DNA of 64,000 nucleotides. It comes from a virus (Duplodnaviria > Caudoviricetes). Below are positions 10,341 to 20,026 of the stretch, in pieces. The position numbers were made by a program, and so were the translations under genes. Within the stretch, counting starts at the first letter, position 1. Every line of letters begins with the position of its first letter. The notes beneath the pieces were generated by a model. That model saw nothing but the letters and a program-made list of their open reading frames with translations. It was not told the origin of the DNA and searched no databases. The stretch lies in IMG/VR virus record IMGVR_UViG_3300017722_005389, one strand, 5' to 3'.

Positions 10341-11353
10341 GACAAACAATAGATAATAGTCAACAATTGAGTGGGAAACAGTTACAAATGAAGTACTATG
10401 AAAATGGTCTTGAAAATGATACGTTTTTTCCTAAAGGTGTTCATATTGATGACATAGACAGAGCTGTTAGAGATATTTTTAAGACAGAATTTGAAGTTAC
10501 TTCAGAAGGTGAAAAGGTTCCTTTTTTAGATATCTTTTCTATACAAAGATTTTCTGAATATATGAAAACTTGGCAAAGCACCGATGAAACTAATACGGTG
10601 AAGCTACCTTTTACTTTATTAGTTAAAGAGCCTGCTGAAAAGGGTACAAATTTTAGTAATTCTTCAAATATCCCAGGATTTCCAACATTTCCTCTTTGGA
10701 AGCGAAATACTGTTAGAAATGGTAAGGCTACAATAGATTACTATAAAATACCTCAACCTGTTAATATTGATTTAACTTATAAATTCCACATATTTACAAT
10801 GCATCAAAGACTTATAAATAAAATGGATGAATTAATGTTACATCAGTTCAAATCTTTACAATATTATGTAGTTGTAAATGGTCATTATATGCCTATGTTT
10901 TTAGATACTATTGATGATGCTTCAGAAATTGGAGATATAGATAAAAGAAGATATTATCATAGAGTTTATGTTTTAAAAGTTAAAGGCTATTTATTAAGGG
11001 AAGAAGATTTTGAATTGGTTTCTTCTTTGAATAAAATTAATATAAAGATTGGAGAATCAATAGTTAAGGATAGTCGAGTTTGTATTGTAAATCAGTTAGA
11101 TTTTGATTGTGATTTATGCTTGAATTTTAAATTTAATAGAAAGTCACCAAATTCAAACACTTACAGGGTTCCTCAGAAATTAGAATTTTATTATGATAAC
11201 CAAAGCATATCAAACGACTATGATTACTTTCTTAACGGTCAATTAGTTACAATACCTTTTATTGCAGATGTTGGAGATGAATTAACAGTTGCACATAATA
11301 TGGGAAATTCAAATGTAATTAATATACAGGTTTGTGGAAAAAAAATAACTTAA
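10337..11353 (+). CDS. Tail terminator/completion protein (T4 gp15-like)
   Basis: IPQPVNIDLTYKFHIFT...INKMDE motif; directly upstream of the sheath gene. Confidence 0.55.
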   Translation: MRQTIDNSQQLSGKQLQMKYYENGLENDTFFPKGVHIDDIDRAVRDIFKTEFEVTSEGEKVPFLDIFSIQRFSEYMKTWQSTDETNTVKLPFTLLVKEPAEKGTNFSNSSNIPGFPTFPLWKRNTVRNGKATIDYYKIPQPVNIDLTYKFHIFTMHQRLINKMDELMLHQFKSLQYYVVVNGHYMPMFLDTIDDASEIGDIDKRRYYHRVYVLKVKGYLLREEDFELVSSLNKINIKIGESIVKDSRVCIVNQLDFDCDLCLNFKFNRKSPNSNTYRVPQKLEFYYDNQSISNDYDYFLNGQLVTIPFIADVGDELTVAHNMGNSNVINIQVCGKKIT

Positions 11354-11380
11354 AAATATATGATTTAGAATTCTAAAAGA

Positions 11381-11387
11381 TATTTAT
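11381..11387 (+). promoter_or_regulatory. TATTTAT upstream motif (sheath)
   Basis: GATATTTATA, 17 nt before ATG 11405. Confidence 0.55.
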
Positions 11388-11404
11388 AATTAAAATATAA
11401 CAAA

Positions 11405-14400
11405 ATGGCGATAAGTAAACCTAATCTTGCTCCTTCAATAAAATTTACAGAAACAGATTTAACCTTTTCAACTGGAAGAAATTTCGGTGTAACTAGTTTG
11501 GGTATCTCTGGTGAATTTTTGAAAGGTAGAGCTTTCACACCAATTTCAATCGATAATGTCGAATTATTTACTCAAGTTTTTGGTGAATCAAATGCATGTA
11601 AGTTCGAAGGAACTTCACAACCTATTTATGAGGGTGTTTATATAGCAAAACAATTCTTAAAAGAAAGTGACCAACTCTTTGTTTCGAGAGTACTTGGTTT
11701 GACAGGTTACGATGCAGGTGATGCTTGGGGAATTTCCTTTGGTGCAGCATTAGATCCTTCTACGGTTGCTATAACTGGTACTTCATCATTTACAGCTACA
11801 ATTAATTATGTAAATGGTAATGTAGGAAGTGTAAGTTTCAGTAATTCTACACTTCAAGACCTTTATGATGCAGGTCAAATTGCTAATTCTTCTTTAGGGA
11901 GCAGCACACTTTTAACAGGGGACACAGTTTTAGTAGGAAATGCATTCTTAGGAAATTGTGAAACTTTTGTAGGTGCTCGTTTCAATATGACTGTCACAAA
12001 TAAAATTGAAACTTATATTTGTATTACAGGTGAAACAAGTGTTTCGGAAACAGTTCAAGTTCCTTCTGAAATTCAAAATTGTCTTGTGATTTATTCGGGC
12101 GGTACTGTGACTTATGATAGTACATTCATTATTACTGTTGATAATTCTGTAGTAGTACAAAATGTTACAACTAATGAATTAACAATTGTTTCTTCTGGAT
12201 TTTTAACATTAGTTGGTGGTACTATCACTCACGATGTTGATGGTTCAATTACAATTGAAGATGGTTCAATTTTCTTTCCTAATGGGGATGTCTTCACAGG
12301 TGGTGAATATAAAATATGCGATTTGAATGATAATACGGCAGTTTATAATTGTGAAACTATAGATGGTATCAATTATACTCTTACTACAGGAACTACTATC
12401 ATTTTTAATACTGTAACATCAGGAACAACACAACAAATTATTTCACAGATTCCTTCAGGCTTGATTCAACTTGATTTTTCAGGTACTGTTACAGAACTTT
12501 CAGGTATGCCATATGCACAATATGATAACATGGTTGTAGCATTGATGCGTTCTTATGCAAGTTATGATGGAGATGAAATTTTAAACTTCCAAGTAGAAGG
12601 TAATGTAATTTCTATTGAATCTATCGATGGAGGTACGATTTATCCTACTGATGACTTTTTAATCAAAGGTACAAAAGTAAATGGTAGTACGTTTGAATAC
12701 AATGTATCTTTAGATAAGAGTAAATCAAATTATATCGCAAGAGTTTTTGGTAACTTTATCCCATGTTGTAGAACAAATAATCCTTTGTATGTTGAAGATT
12801 TATTTGAAAATAGCTTCAATTATTTATTGGATAACAATTTGGTATATTGTATCAAACCTTCTATTTGTTATATCAATACTTTAGATAACTATAAAGAACC
12901 GTATCAAGGTGCAATGACTCCTTGGGTTGTTTCTGAATTGAGAGGTAATAGAGTGTTTAGATTGTTCCGAGTTCATACATTTACTGATGGTAATGCTGCA
13001 AATACAGACATTAAAGTTTCTATCACAAATATTCGTCCTGATGCAAAAACATTTGACCTTCAAGTTAGAGGTTATGGTGATACAGATAAAAAACCTGTTA
13101 TTCTTGAATCGTATTCAAGACTTACTTTCAGAGAACAAGATAATAACTTCATCGGAAGACGTATTGGTACTGTAGATGGTAACTATGTTCTTAATAGTAA
13201 GTATATTATGATTGAATTGGCTGCAGATTGTTTAGATGAATCATTCCCTGCAGGTTTTGAAGGTTATCCAGTTCGTGATTATGATTGTATGGCAAATCCT
13301 TTACTTGTCTACAAAACACAATATAACCCTACAGATAGAGTTAGACAAGTTTATCTTGGATTGAATGATGTTTTGGGATTTGATGCGGATTTCTTTGATT
13401 ATAAAGGTAGACCTGCTGATCCAGATGTTCCTTTCTGGACTGGAACTACTAAAGGATTCCATATGGATTCAAATGCTACTTCTGCTACAGTTGAAGGTTA
13501 TGGTGTTGTACAATTTGAAACAGGTATTCATTCTTTCAAAAATGAAGCTGATTTGGCTGGAACTTCTTATGAACAACTTATTGCAAGAAAATTCACTTTG
13601 GTTCCTTTTGGAGGTTTTGATGGATGGGATATTCATAGAAAAAGAAGAACAAATACAGATTTGTATACAGTTACAAGTTCTTTAGGACAAAAAGGTTTAA
13701 CTTCAGGTGCATTCGATATTTATAGCTCTGAAAATATTAATGATGGACAAACTGTTATTAATTCAGATTACTATGCGTATCTTGAAGGTATCAGAAGTTT
13801 GAGAAATAGAAATGAATTCCGTATCAATCTTCTTGCGACACCTGGTATTAATACAAACGAACATTCAAATCTTGTAGAAGAGTCTATTGAAATGTGCGAA
13901 AGTGAAAGATGTGATACATTCTATATTCCTACAACATTAGATACAGATGATGCTGGTCAGGTTTTAAGAGTAAATGATGTTGTAAGTTCTATTCAAGATT
14001 TGTTTGATACTTCTTATGCTGCTACATACTTCCCTTGGGGTCAATTCCTTGATGAAGTTAACAATGTTTTTATTTGGATTCCTCCAACTGCTGAAGTAAT
14101 GCGTGTATATGCTCTTAATGATAAATTGAGAAGACCTTGGTTTGCTCCTGCAGGTGTTGAAATGAGAACTCAATTCAAACAAGCAAGAAAGAAATTGAGA
14201 GAAGATGAAATGGATATTCTATATACTAATAGAATGAACTACCTTGCAACTTTCAAACAAGCTGATGGTTCATCTCCTGTATATGTTTGGGGTAATAATA
14301 CTTTACAACTTGCTGATACTGCATTGACAGATATCAACGTAAGACGCTTACTTCTTTATACACAAAGATTGATTGAAGATGTTGGATTACCACTTCTTTT

Positions 14401-14635
14401 TGATCAAAATGATGAAGCTGTTAGAAGAAAGTTTGAAAATAAAGTTAATCCTATTCTCGCAAATATTAGAAACGAAAGAGGTCTTATTGATTTTAAAGTA
14501 GTTCTTGATCGTTCTAATGAATCGTTTAGTTCTAATGAAATGAAAGGTAAAATTCAAATTGCGCCTACAAGAGCATTAGAATATATTAACATAGAATTTG
14601 TATTAACTCCTGCAGGTGTTTCAGTTACAAGTTAA
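11405..14635 (+). CDS. Contractile tail sheath protein
   Basis: N-terminal PSIKFTETDL..G.FLKG.AF.P; C-terminal PWFAPAG, VWGNNTL, INVRRLL, IAPTRALEYINIEF. Confidence 0.93.
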   Translation: MAISKPNLAPSIKFTETDLTFSTGRNFGVTSLGISGEFLKGRAFTPISIDNVELFTQVFGESNACKFEGTSQPIYEGVYIAKQFLKESDQLFVSRVLGLTGYDAGDAWGISFGAALDPSTVAITGTSSFTATINYVNGNVGSVSFSNSTLQDLYDAGQIANSSLGSSTLLTGDTVLVGNAFLGNCETFVGARFNMTVTNKIETYICITGETSVSETVQVPSEIQNCLVIYSGGTVTYDSTFIITVDNSVVVQNVTTNELTIVSSGFLTLVGGTITHDVDGSITIEDGSIFFPNGDVFTGGEYKICDLNDNTAVYNCETIDGINYTLTTGTTIIFNTVTSGTTQQIISQIPSGLIQLDFSGTVTELSGMPYAQYDNMVVALMRSYASYDGDEILNFQVEGNVISIESIDGGTIYPTDDFLIKGTKVNGSTFEYNVSLDKSKSNYIARVFGNFIPCCRTNNPLYVEDLFENSFNYLLDNNLVYCIKPSICYINTLDNYKEPYQGAMTPWVVSELRGNRVFRLFRVHTFTDGNAANTDIKVSITNIRPDAKTFDLQVRGYGDTDKKPVILESYSRLTFREQDNNFIGRRIGTVDGNYVLNSKYIMIELAADCLDESFPAGFEGYPVRDYDCMANPLLVYKTQYNPTDRVRQVYLGLNDVLGFDADFFDYKGRPADPDVPFWTGTTKGFHMDSNATSATVEGYGVVQFETGIHSFKNEADLAGTSYEQLIARKFTLVPFGGFDGWDIHRKRRTNTDLYTVTSSLGQKGLTSGAFDIYSSENINDGQTVINSDYYAYLEGIRSLRNRNEFRINLLATPGINTNEHSNLVEESIEMCESERCDTFYIPTTLDTDDAGQVLRVNDVVSSIQDLFDTSYAATYFPWGQFLDEVNNVFIWIPPTAEVMRVYALNDKLRRPWFAPAGVEMRTQFKQARKKLREDEMDILYTNRMNYLATFKQADGSSPVYVWGNNTLQLADTALTDINVRRLLLYTQRLIEDVGLPLLFDQNDEAVRRKFENKVNPILANIRNERGLIDFKVVLDRSNESFSSNEMKGKIQIAPTRALEYINIEFVLTPAGVSVTS

Positions 14636-14653
14636 AAAATAAAATATAATCTT

Positions 14654-15748
14654 ATGGAATTAAAAAAATATATATTGTTAGAATTAAGAAAAGCTAGTTT
14701 AGATGAAGCAGTGTTTGCTTTAAGTGGTTTCACCGATGCCATCCAATCAGATTTTTCTAGCTTCAGACAAGGCAAAACTAAACAAGAATTAATAGATTCT
14801 GAAGAAACTGCTATTCAATCAATAGTTCAATTATTTGATGGTGGATTTAGAGACTATTTAGAAAAAGATTTAAGAAAAAAGGTTAGACGTGAAAAAATTT
14901 CAATTTTGGCTATAGTTTCTAAATATTTAGGTACGCCATCTAATACTGCTTATACAAATAATATTTTAGCTTTAATTGGAACTCCAATGCTTAATTATTT
15001 CTTACAAAAAGCATTTGGTAAAGATTCTATATGGAGTAGAATAAGGCAAATAACTCCATTTATGAAAAAAGTTTCTACAGGTAACTATGCTTTAGATACT
15101 TCAATTTATACTGGATTAGCTAAAGCATTGGAAAGTGGGGCTGTTATGAATGAATTTATTAGTATAGCAGGATCTGATATTACTAATAAAGTTGATACTA
15201 TAGCTAGTGATGGTGATTTTAAGAATCTTTTCTTATCTGAAGTTTTAGGTATAAATAGAGGTTTGAGAAGTGTTGGAAGAAGTATTGGTGCAAGTTTTCA
15301 AAATACAGGTGATGCGTTTAAAGATTTATTCGTAAAGAGAAAAGTTCGAGATAAATATAAATTGGTAAAAGAAATAATGAAATATTTACCGAGTTTAAAA
15401 AAGAGTTTAAGAGGTAAAATAAATGACGCATTTTTCGAAATGGAACATAATAAAATTGCTGCATTTTTCGGTGAAAGAGGTGTTAATATACGAAGTAACA
15501 TTCAAGATATTTCAATTCCAATTACAAAAGCTGTTTTAAAACATCTAATGGAAAATGCTAAAGATTTATATTTTGAAGATTTACCATCTGATGTATCAGA
15601 TATAGTTTATACGTTATTTACAAGTGATGTAGTAGCACAAAATGTCAATGGGGCTGTAATTTATATTATGAATAAAGTGTATAAAGATTTAAAATATGAA
15701 GAAGATAAAAGAAAACAATACCAAACTAAAAGCAGATACAACCGATGA
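14654..15748 (+). CDS. Hypothetical protein, possibly virion-associated
   Basis: 364 aa helical ORF within the tail operon. Confidence 0.7.
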   Translation: MELKKYILLELRKASLDEAVFALSGFTDAIQSDFSSFRQGKTKQELIDSEETAIQSIVQLFDGGFRDYLEKDLRKKVRREKISILAIVSKYLGTPSNTAYTNNILALIGTPMLNYFLQKAFGKDSIWSRIRQITPFMKKVSTGNYALDTSIYTGLAKALESGAVMNEFISIAGSDITNKVDTIASDGDFKNLFLSEVLGINRGLRSVGRSIGASFQNTGDAFKDLFVKRKVRDKYKLVKEIMKYLPSLKKSLRGKINDAFFEMEHNKIAAFFGERGVNIRSNIQDISIPITKAVLKHLMENAKDLYFEDLPSDVSDIVYTLFTSDVVAQNVNGAVIYIMNKVYKDLKYEEDKRKQYQTKSRYNR

Positions 15749-15930
15749 TAGATTGCACTAAAGTAAGAAAAATTACAATAAACCAAATACTTCCAAATGG
15801 AGAAGTGTTGACATCAATTATTTATTTTGATATTGATTCTGGTGATCAATTGACAGCTAATCAAGTTTCAAAATGTAATAATGTGCAATCATTAAACTTC
15901 TCTTGCGCAGTAGTTTGTAATCCTTCTTAA
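15745..15930 (+). CDS. Small 4-Cys protein, paralog A
   Basis: 61 aa; 38 of 61 residues identical to the next ORF (hand alignment); ATGA overlap with the upstream gene. Confidence 0.8.
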   Translation: MIDCTKVRKITINQILPNGEVLTSIIYFDIDSGDQLTANQVSKCNNVQSLNFSCAVVCNPS

Positions 15931-15931
15931 G

Positions 15932-16201
15932 ATGGTTAATTGTGACAACATTAGAAAAATTACGATAAATCAACTTTTACCTAATGGTGAAGTTTTTATA
16001 TCTACAATTTATTTTGATGTAGTTGCAGGAGAACAAGTTACAGCAAATAGCGTGAAGAAATGTAATAACATTCAACCTATAGATTTTTCTTGTGCAATAA
16101 CCTGTAATCCTTTTGAAGAATCAGTTATTCCAAATTGCTGGTTAACTTTTTCTGAAGAATGTTGGATTGACGAAAGTGGAAATTATTGGGAAATTGGATA
16201 A
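15932..16201 (+). CDS. Small Cys-rich protein, paralog B, with Trp-repeat tail
   Basis: 89 aa paralog of 15745-15930 plus C-terminal CWLTFSEECWIDESGNYWEIG. Confidence 0.8.
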   Translation: MVNCDNIRKITINQLLPNGEVFISTIYFDVVAGEQVTANSVKKCNNIQPIDFSCAITCNPFEESVIPNCWLTFSEECWIDESGNYWEIG

Positions 16202-16219
16202 AAAAATATATATAAATGA

Positions 16220-16226
16220 TATTTAT
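16220..16226 (+). promoter_or_regulatory. TATTTAT upstream motif (tube)
   Basis: 28 nt before ATG 16255. Confidence 0.5.
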
Positions 16227-16254
16227 TTAAAAATAAAATAAAATAAGAAATACT

Positions 16255-16749
16255 ATGGCTAATCTATTATTAAATGCTCCTTTAAAATACGAACCGAAAA
16301 CACAAAATAGGTGGGTATTATTGTTTCCTGATGATATCGGAATCCAAACTTGGGCTGTAAAAACTGTTGGTACACCAAAAATAAATTTAGTAAAAAAGGA
16401 TATGTCTTTCTTGAATACAAAGACTTATTATATTTCACAATACTCTTGGGAAAGCATGGAGTGTACGATTAGAGATTTTATAGCACCTTCACAATCCGAA
16501 GCTTTGATGGAATGGGTTCGTTTGCATGCCGAATCTGTTACAGGTCGTATGGGTTATAATGTAGGTATGGCAAAAGATATCATCCTTCAATCACTTGATC
16601 CTACAGGGGTTGCTACTGAAGAATGGTTGTTAAAAAATACAATTGTTGTTGATTCTGTGTCATTTGGTTCTTTTGATTATGATAACGGTGACGTTAGAGA
16701 ATTATCTTTTACAATGCAACCTCAATATTGCGTTCACTTATTTGGTTAA
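16255..16749 (+). CDS. Tail tube protein (T4 gp19-like)
   Basis: YEPKTQNRW, P.I......FLN...Y.....W, DPTGV..EEW.L, FG.FDY motifs; follows the sheath gene. Confidence 0.88.
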   Translation: MANLLLNAPLKYEPKTQNRWVLLFPDDIGIQTWAVKTVGTPKINLVKKDMSFLNTKTYYISQYSWESMECTIRDFIAPSQSEALMEWVRLHAESVTGRMGYNVGMAKDIILQSLDPTGVATEEWLLKNTIVVDSVSFGSFDYDNGDVRELSFTMQPQYCVHLFG

Positions 16750-16773
16750 TTTTATAATAAAAAATTATTTTTG

Positions 16774-16806
16774 GGATGGAATTTTAAAATTCCATCCTTT
16801 TTTTTT
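16774..16806 (+). terminator. Intrinsic terminator
   Basis: Perfect 24-nt palindrome GGATGGAATTTTAAAATTCCATCC followed by a T run. Confidence 0.8.
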
Positions 16807-16844
16807 ATTTTTTATTTGACTTGCTATATATTATAAATAAAATT

Positions 16845-17645
16845 ATGGAAATTGAAAAAAATGTTATGACGCAACAAATGCAACAGGTTAACTACAATAC
16901 CTACGAACCTCAATCGGAAATTTTTCATTTACCCTCAAAAGGACTTTTTTATCCTCCAATAAATGAAAATGGTGATCGTTTGACATCTGTGAAAGTGTAC
17001 GATTTGGTTACAGAAGATGAAAATATTCTTTTGAATCCTGCTTTATTTGAATCTGGGGAGATGATAGATGTTCTTTTGAAGAGAAAGGTGCAGACTCCTT
17101 ATCCTATTGAAAAATTTACAACAGGTGATAGATTGTCTATTTTTTTATATCTTAGATCTACTATGGAAAGAATGTATAGGATTAGTGTGATAGATCCTAA
17201 GACAAATATACCATTTGATCACGAAGTTGATTTACTTGCTTTAGAATTAAAGGAATCTGTAGCACTACCAGGTCAAGATGGTTTATTTGAATATAAATTA
17301 CCTAAAGCTGAAAGGATTGTCAAATTTCGACTTTCAACAGGTGAAGATGAAGCTGCAATAAGAAATAAAACTAAAAAGGAACAAGAGTTAAGAAAAAATG
17401 CAGAACCTTTTAACAGACTTTTAAAATTAGAACAACAAATTGTTTCTATTGAAGGTATAACTGATGTTTTTGAAAAAAGAAATTTCATCAAAAATATGCA
17501 AATTGGTGATAGTAGAAAACTTGTTAAATTTATGGATGAATGTATGCCTATTTTGAATTTTAATATTGAGGTATCCGCTCCAAGCGGTGGAACATTTCGT
17601 ACAGATATGCCTATCACCGCTGAATTCTTTTTCCCCGATTTATAA
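16845..17645 (+). CDS. Tail/baseplate-hub assembly chaperone (T4 gp26-like)
   Basis: LPSKG.FY, DENIL, GDR..I..YLR and C-terminal CPSG-like/FFFP pattern; lies between tube and tape measure. ATG 16845 preferred over the TTG at 16821. Confidence 0.65.
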   Translation: MEIEKNVMTQQMQQVNYNTYEPQSEIFHLPSKGLFYPPINENGDRLTSVKVYDLVTEDENILLNPALFESGEMIDVLLKRKVQTPYPIEKFTTGDRLSIFLYLRSTMERMYRISVIDPKTNIPFDHEVDLLALELKESVALPGQDGLFEYKLPKAERIVKFRLSTGEDEAAIRNKTKKEQELRKNAEPFNRLLKLEQQIVSIEGITDVFEKRNFIKNMQIGDSRKLVKFMDECMPILNFNIEVSAPSGGTFRTDMPITAEFFFPDL

Positions 17646-17670
17646 CCCCAATGTAACAAAACATTATCTT

Positions 17671-17817
17671 ATGCAAAGATTGTACCTCGTACATAAAGGT
17701 AGGTTTTCCTGGGGCGATGTTATGAAAATGCCATTGTGGGAAAAAAAGTTTTATTATGAGGAATTAATTTCAATTCAAGAGGAAATTCAAAAAGAATTGG
17801 AAAAAAATAAAAAATAA
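17671..17817 (+). CDS. Small tail chaperone partner (48 aa from ATG; possibly reached by +1 frameshift)
   Basis: YLV..G.FSWGDVMKMPLWEKKFYYEEL pattern; the +1 frame is open across the end of the upstream gene. Confidence 0.6.
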   Translation: MQRLYLVHKGRFSWGDVMKMPLWEKKFYYEELISIQEEIQKELEKNKK

Positions 17818-17825
17818 TAATATTT

Positions 17826-17851
17826 GGGGGGCTTTTAAAAAAAAGCCTCCC
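17826..17851. other. GC-rich hairpin without U tract
   Basis: GGGGGGCTTTT-AAAA-AAAAGCCTCCC, immediately before TATTTATAAATA. Confidence 0.6.
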
Positions 17852-17855
17852 ATTA

Positions 17856-17867
17856 TATTTATAATAA
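17856..17867 (+). promoter_or_regulatory. Palindromic TATTTATAAATA motif
   Basis: Upstream of the tape measure ATG at 17881. Confidence 0.5.
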
Positions 17868-17880
17868 ATAATAATTTGAT

Positions 17881-19989
17881 ATGCCAACTATAGATATTGT
17901 TGCTTTACTGAAAGGTATAGGATCCTTTTTATATGGATTAGCTAAAGCAGAAGCTCCAACAGCTGCAGTATTTGGAGCTCAAGGTGTAATGATGGATGCT
18001 GTTTCAGCTGCTCTTGCACCAGTGGAAACATTCCTAGGTAAACTAGATAAAGATATTAAAGTAGGTCGAGAAGATTTTACACCAATGGGTGCGATCAAAT
18101 ATTGGAATGATGTTTATACTGAAATGAGTAAAGTTAATGTGCAGTTAGGTGTCGCTGGAAATATAAGCGAAGCTATGAAGGGTCAATTTAAAGAAGCTTT
18201 TGTTGAATTAGGTAATATGGGTGTTGAGGCAAAAGAGATTGCTGAAAATATCAAGCAATTTATGGATGATTATGGACGTGTCATGTTGCTTTCTAAACAA
18301 GAGATAGTTGAAATGTCTCAAATGGCAGAAGTTTTCGGTAAAGAATCTCTTGCGATTGTGACTTCTTATAAAGATTTAGGTCTTTCAATAGAAACCACAA
18401 CTGCTCGAATGAAAAAGTTGACACTTGAATCAAATAAATATGGTGTTTTACCTTCGAGAGCTGTAAAGCTTATTAAGGAGAATTTAAGTGCTGTTGATAA
18501 ATATTATTTCAAAGGGGGGACTAAGGCATTTGAGCATATGGCATTAAAAGCTGCAAGCTTGAATAATGATATGAAAGGTGCCTTTGCTACGATTGATAAG
18601 ATATTAGATGGTGGTATTGAAGGTACTGTTGAAATGGCGCAAAAACTTCAGATAATGGGTGGACCAATCGCACAAATGGGAGATGTTTTTAGTCTTATGG
18701 ACAAAGCATTAAGTGGTGATATTGAAGGATTGACAACTGATGTGGCAAAAGCTGCTGCTCAGATGGCAACAATAAATTCTGAGGGAGAAGTTATGTTTGA
18801 TAAAGCAGCTATGTTACAGTTTAGAGAACTGGCTAAGGAATTACCTTTTGATATTCAAGAGATAACCAAGCTTGGTAAAACAATGGCTAAAGAAATGGAT
18901 ATCAGTAAGCAGTTGGATTTAAGTTTAAAATCAACTCCAGCGGAATTTGAGAAAATGACTAAAAAGGTTGCTGGTGCTGTTAAAGGTAAAAATGCTTTTG
19001 GTGATTGGGTTGTAACAATTGATGGTATAGAGAAAAAAGTTCAAGATTTAACTGAAGAAGATATTAATGCTAAGTTATCTATATCTCCTGAAGGTGATGA
19101 AAAAGACACCTTTAAGGAAATTGTTAGGTCTAATATGGACTTAGGTGCTGTTATACAAACTTTAATTCATGAATTAAAAAGGTCTGCATTATCAGGAGCT
19201 GGAGATTATTATAAAGAACTGATGCCTAAGTTAAGGGAAATTGCTGATACTGCAAGTGGTTATTTAAAATATTATACAGAAGCTTTTTCAGATATGTCTA
19301 AAAAGGCTTATGAAAATGCTGATAAAGTTTTAGATCCACTAGCTCAAAGTGATTTATTAGGTGCTTTAGGAGGAATTAAAGATAATCTATTAGGCACACT
19401 AACAACATTTTGGGATATGTTTAAAGGTGCTATTTATGAAGTAGGCAAAGTTCTTGGAAATGCATTATGGAATGCTGGTCAATATATTATGGCAGGGTTT
19501 TTCTATGGTGTAGATTATATGATATTTTCACTTAAAAAGGGATTGTTTGAGGCTGCTAATGAAATTGTAAAAACAATAATCGGACCTATATTGGCACCTT
19601 TTAATATAAATCCAAACTTAATTGATACTTCAACAATGCAAATGGATTCATTTTCAGATTGGATGAAAAAGAATAACTATAAAATTGTTGATGTATTTAA
19701 AGATTTTAATTGGAATAATATTATAGATCCTATTATGAAAGGCACTGAAGAAAAATATAAACCAATACCAGGTCTCAGTGAATTTGGAAGTGATTATATA
19801 AGAAATATGATACCTAATGAAGGTGAAAAACCAAAAACTGTTGATAATAAACAATATTTAGAAGTTAAAGGTGAAATAATGTTGATAAATGCTGATGGGT
19901 CAAAAGTACCATTAACTGAAGAACAGATTGTAGAATTAGTTAAGAAGCTTTCGCTGGGTACTTTTAGATCACCTGGTGGTGGGGGATAA
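17881..19989 (+). CDS. Tape measure protein
   Basis: 702 aa helical Ala/Gly/Met-rich ORF after the tube and chaperone genes. Confidence 0.7.
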   Translation: MPTIDIVALLKGIGSFLYGLAKAEAPTAAVFGAQGVMMDAVSAALAPVETFLGKLDKDIKVGREDFTPMGAIKYWNDVYTEMSKVNVQLGVAGNISEAMKGQFKEAFVELGNMGVEAKEIAENIKQFMDDYGRVMLLSKQEIVEMSQMAEVFGKESLAIVTSYKDLGLSIETTTARMKKLTLESNKYGVLPSRAVKLIKENLSAVDKYYFKGGTKAFEHMALKAASLNNDMKGAFATIDKILDGGIEGTVEMAQKLQIMGGPIAQMGDVFSLMDKALSGDIEGLTTDVAKAAAQMATINSEGEVMFDKAAMLQFRELAKELPFDIQEITKLGKTMAKEMDISKQLDLSLKSTPAEFEKMTKKVAGAVKGKNAFGDWVVTIDGIEKKVQDLTEEDINAKLSISPEGDEKDTFKEIVRSNMDLGAVIQTLIHELKRSALSGAGDYYKELMPKLREIADTASGYLKYYTEAFSDMSKKAYENADKVLDPLAQSDLLGALGGIKDNLLGTLTTFWDMFKGAIYEVGKVLGNALWNAGQYIMAGFFYGVDYMIFSLKKGLFEAANEIVKTIIGPILAPFNINPNLIDTSTMQMDSFSDWMKKNNYKIVDVFKDFNWNNIIDPIMKGTEEKYKPIPGLSEFGSDYIRNMIPNEGEKPKTVDNKQYLEVKGEIMLINADGSKVPLTEEQIVELVKKLSLGTFRSPGGGG

Positions 19990-20026
19990 TAAAATATAAA
20001 TGTTAATAATTATAATAAAATAAAAT

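Noticed and set aside
17273-17659. Antisense and alternate-frame ORFs of 60-140 aa in the track (e.g. 17273, 5727, 2804, 32051, 33236, 42119, 55079)
   Set aside because: They are shadows of well-supported genes, with no motifs or upstream signals.
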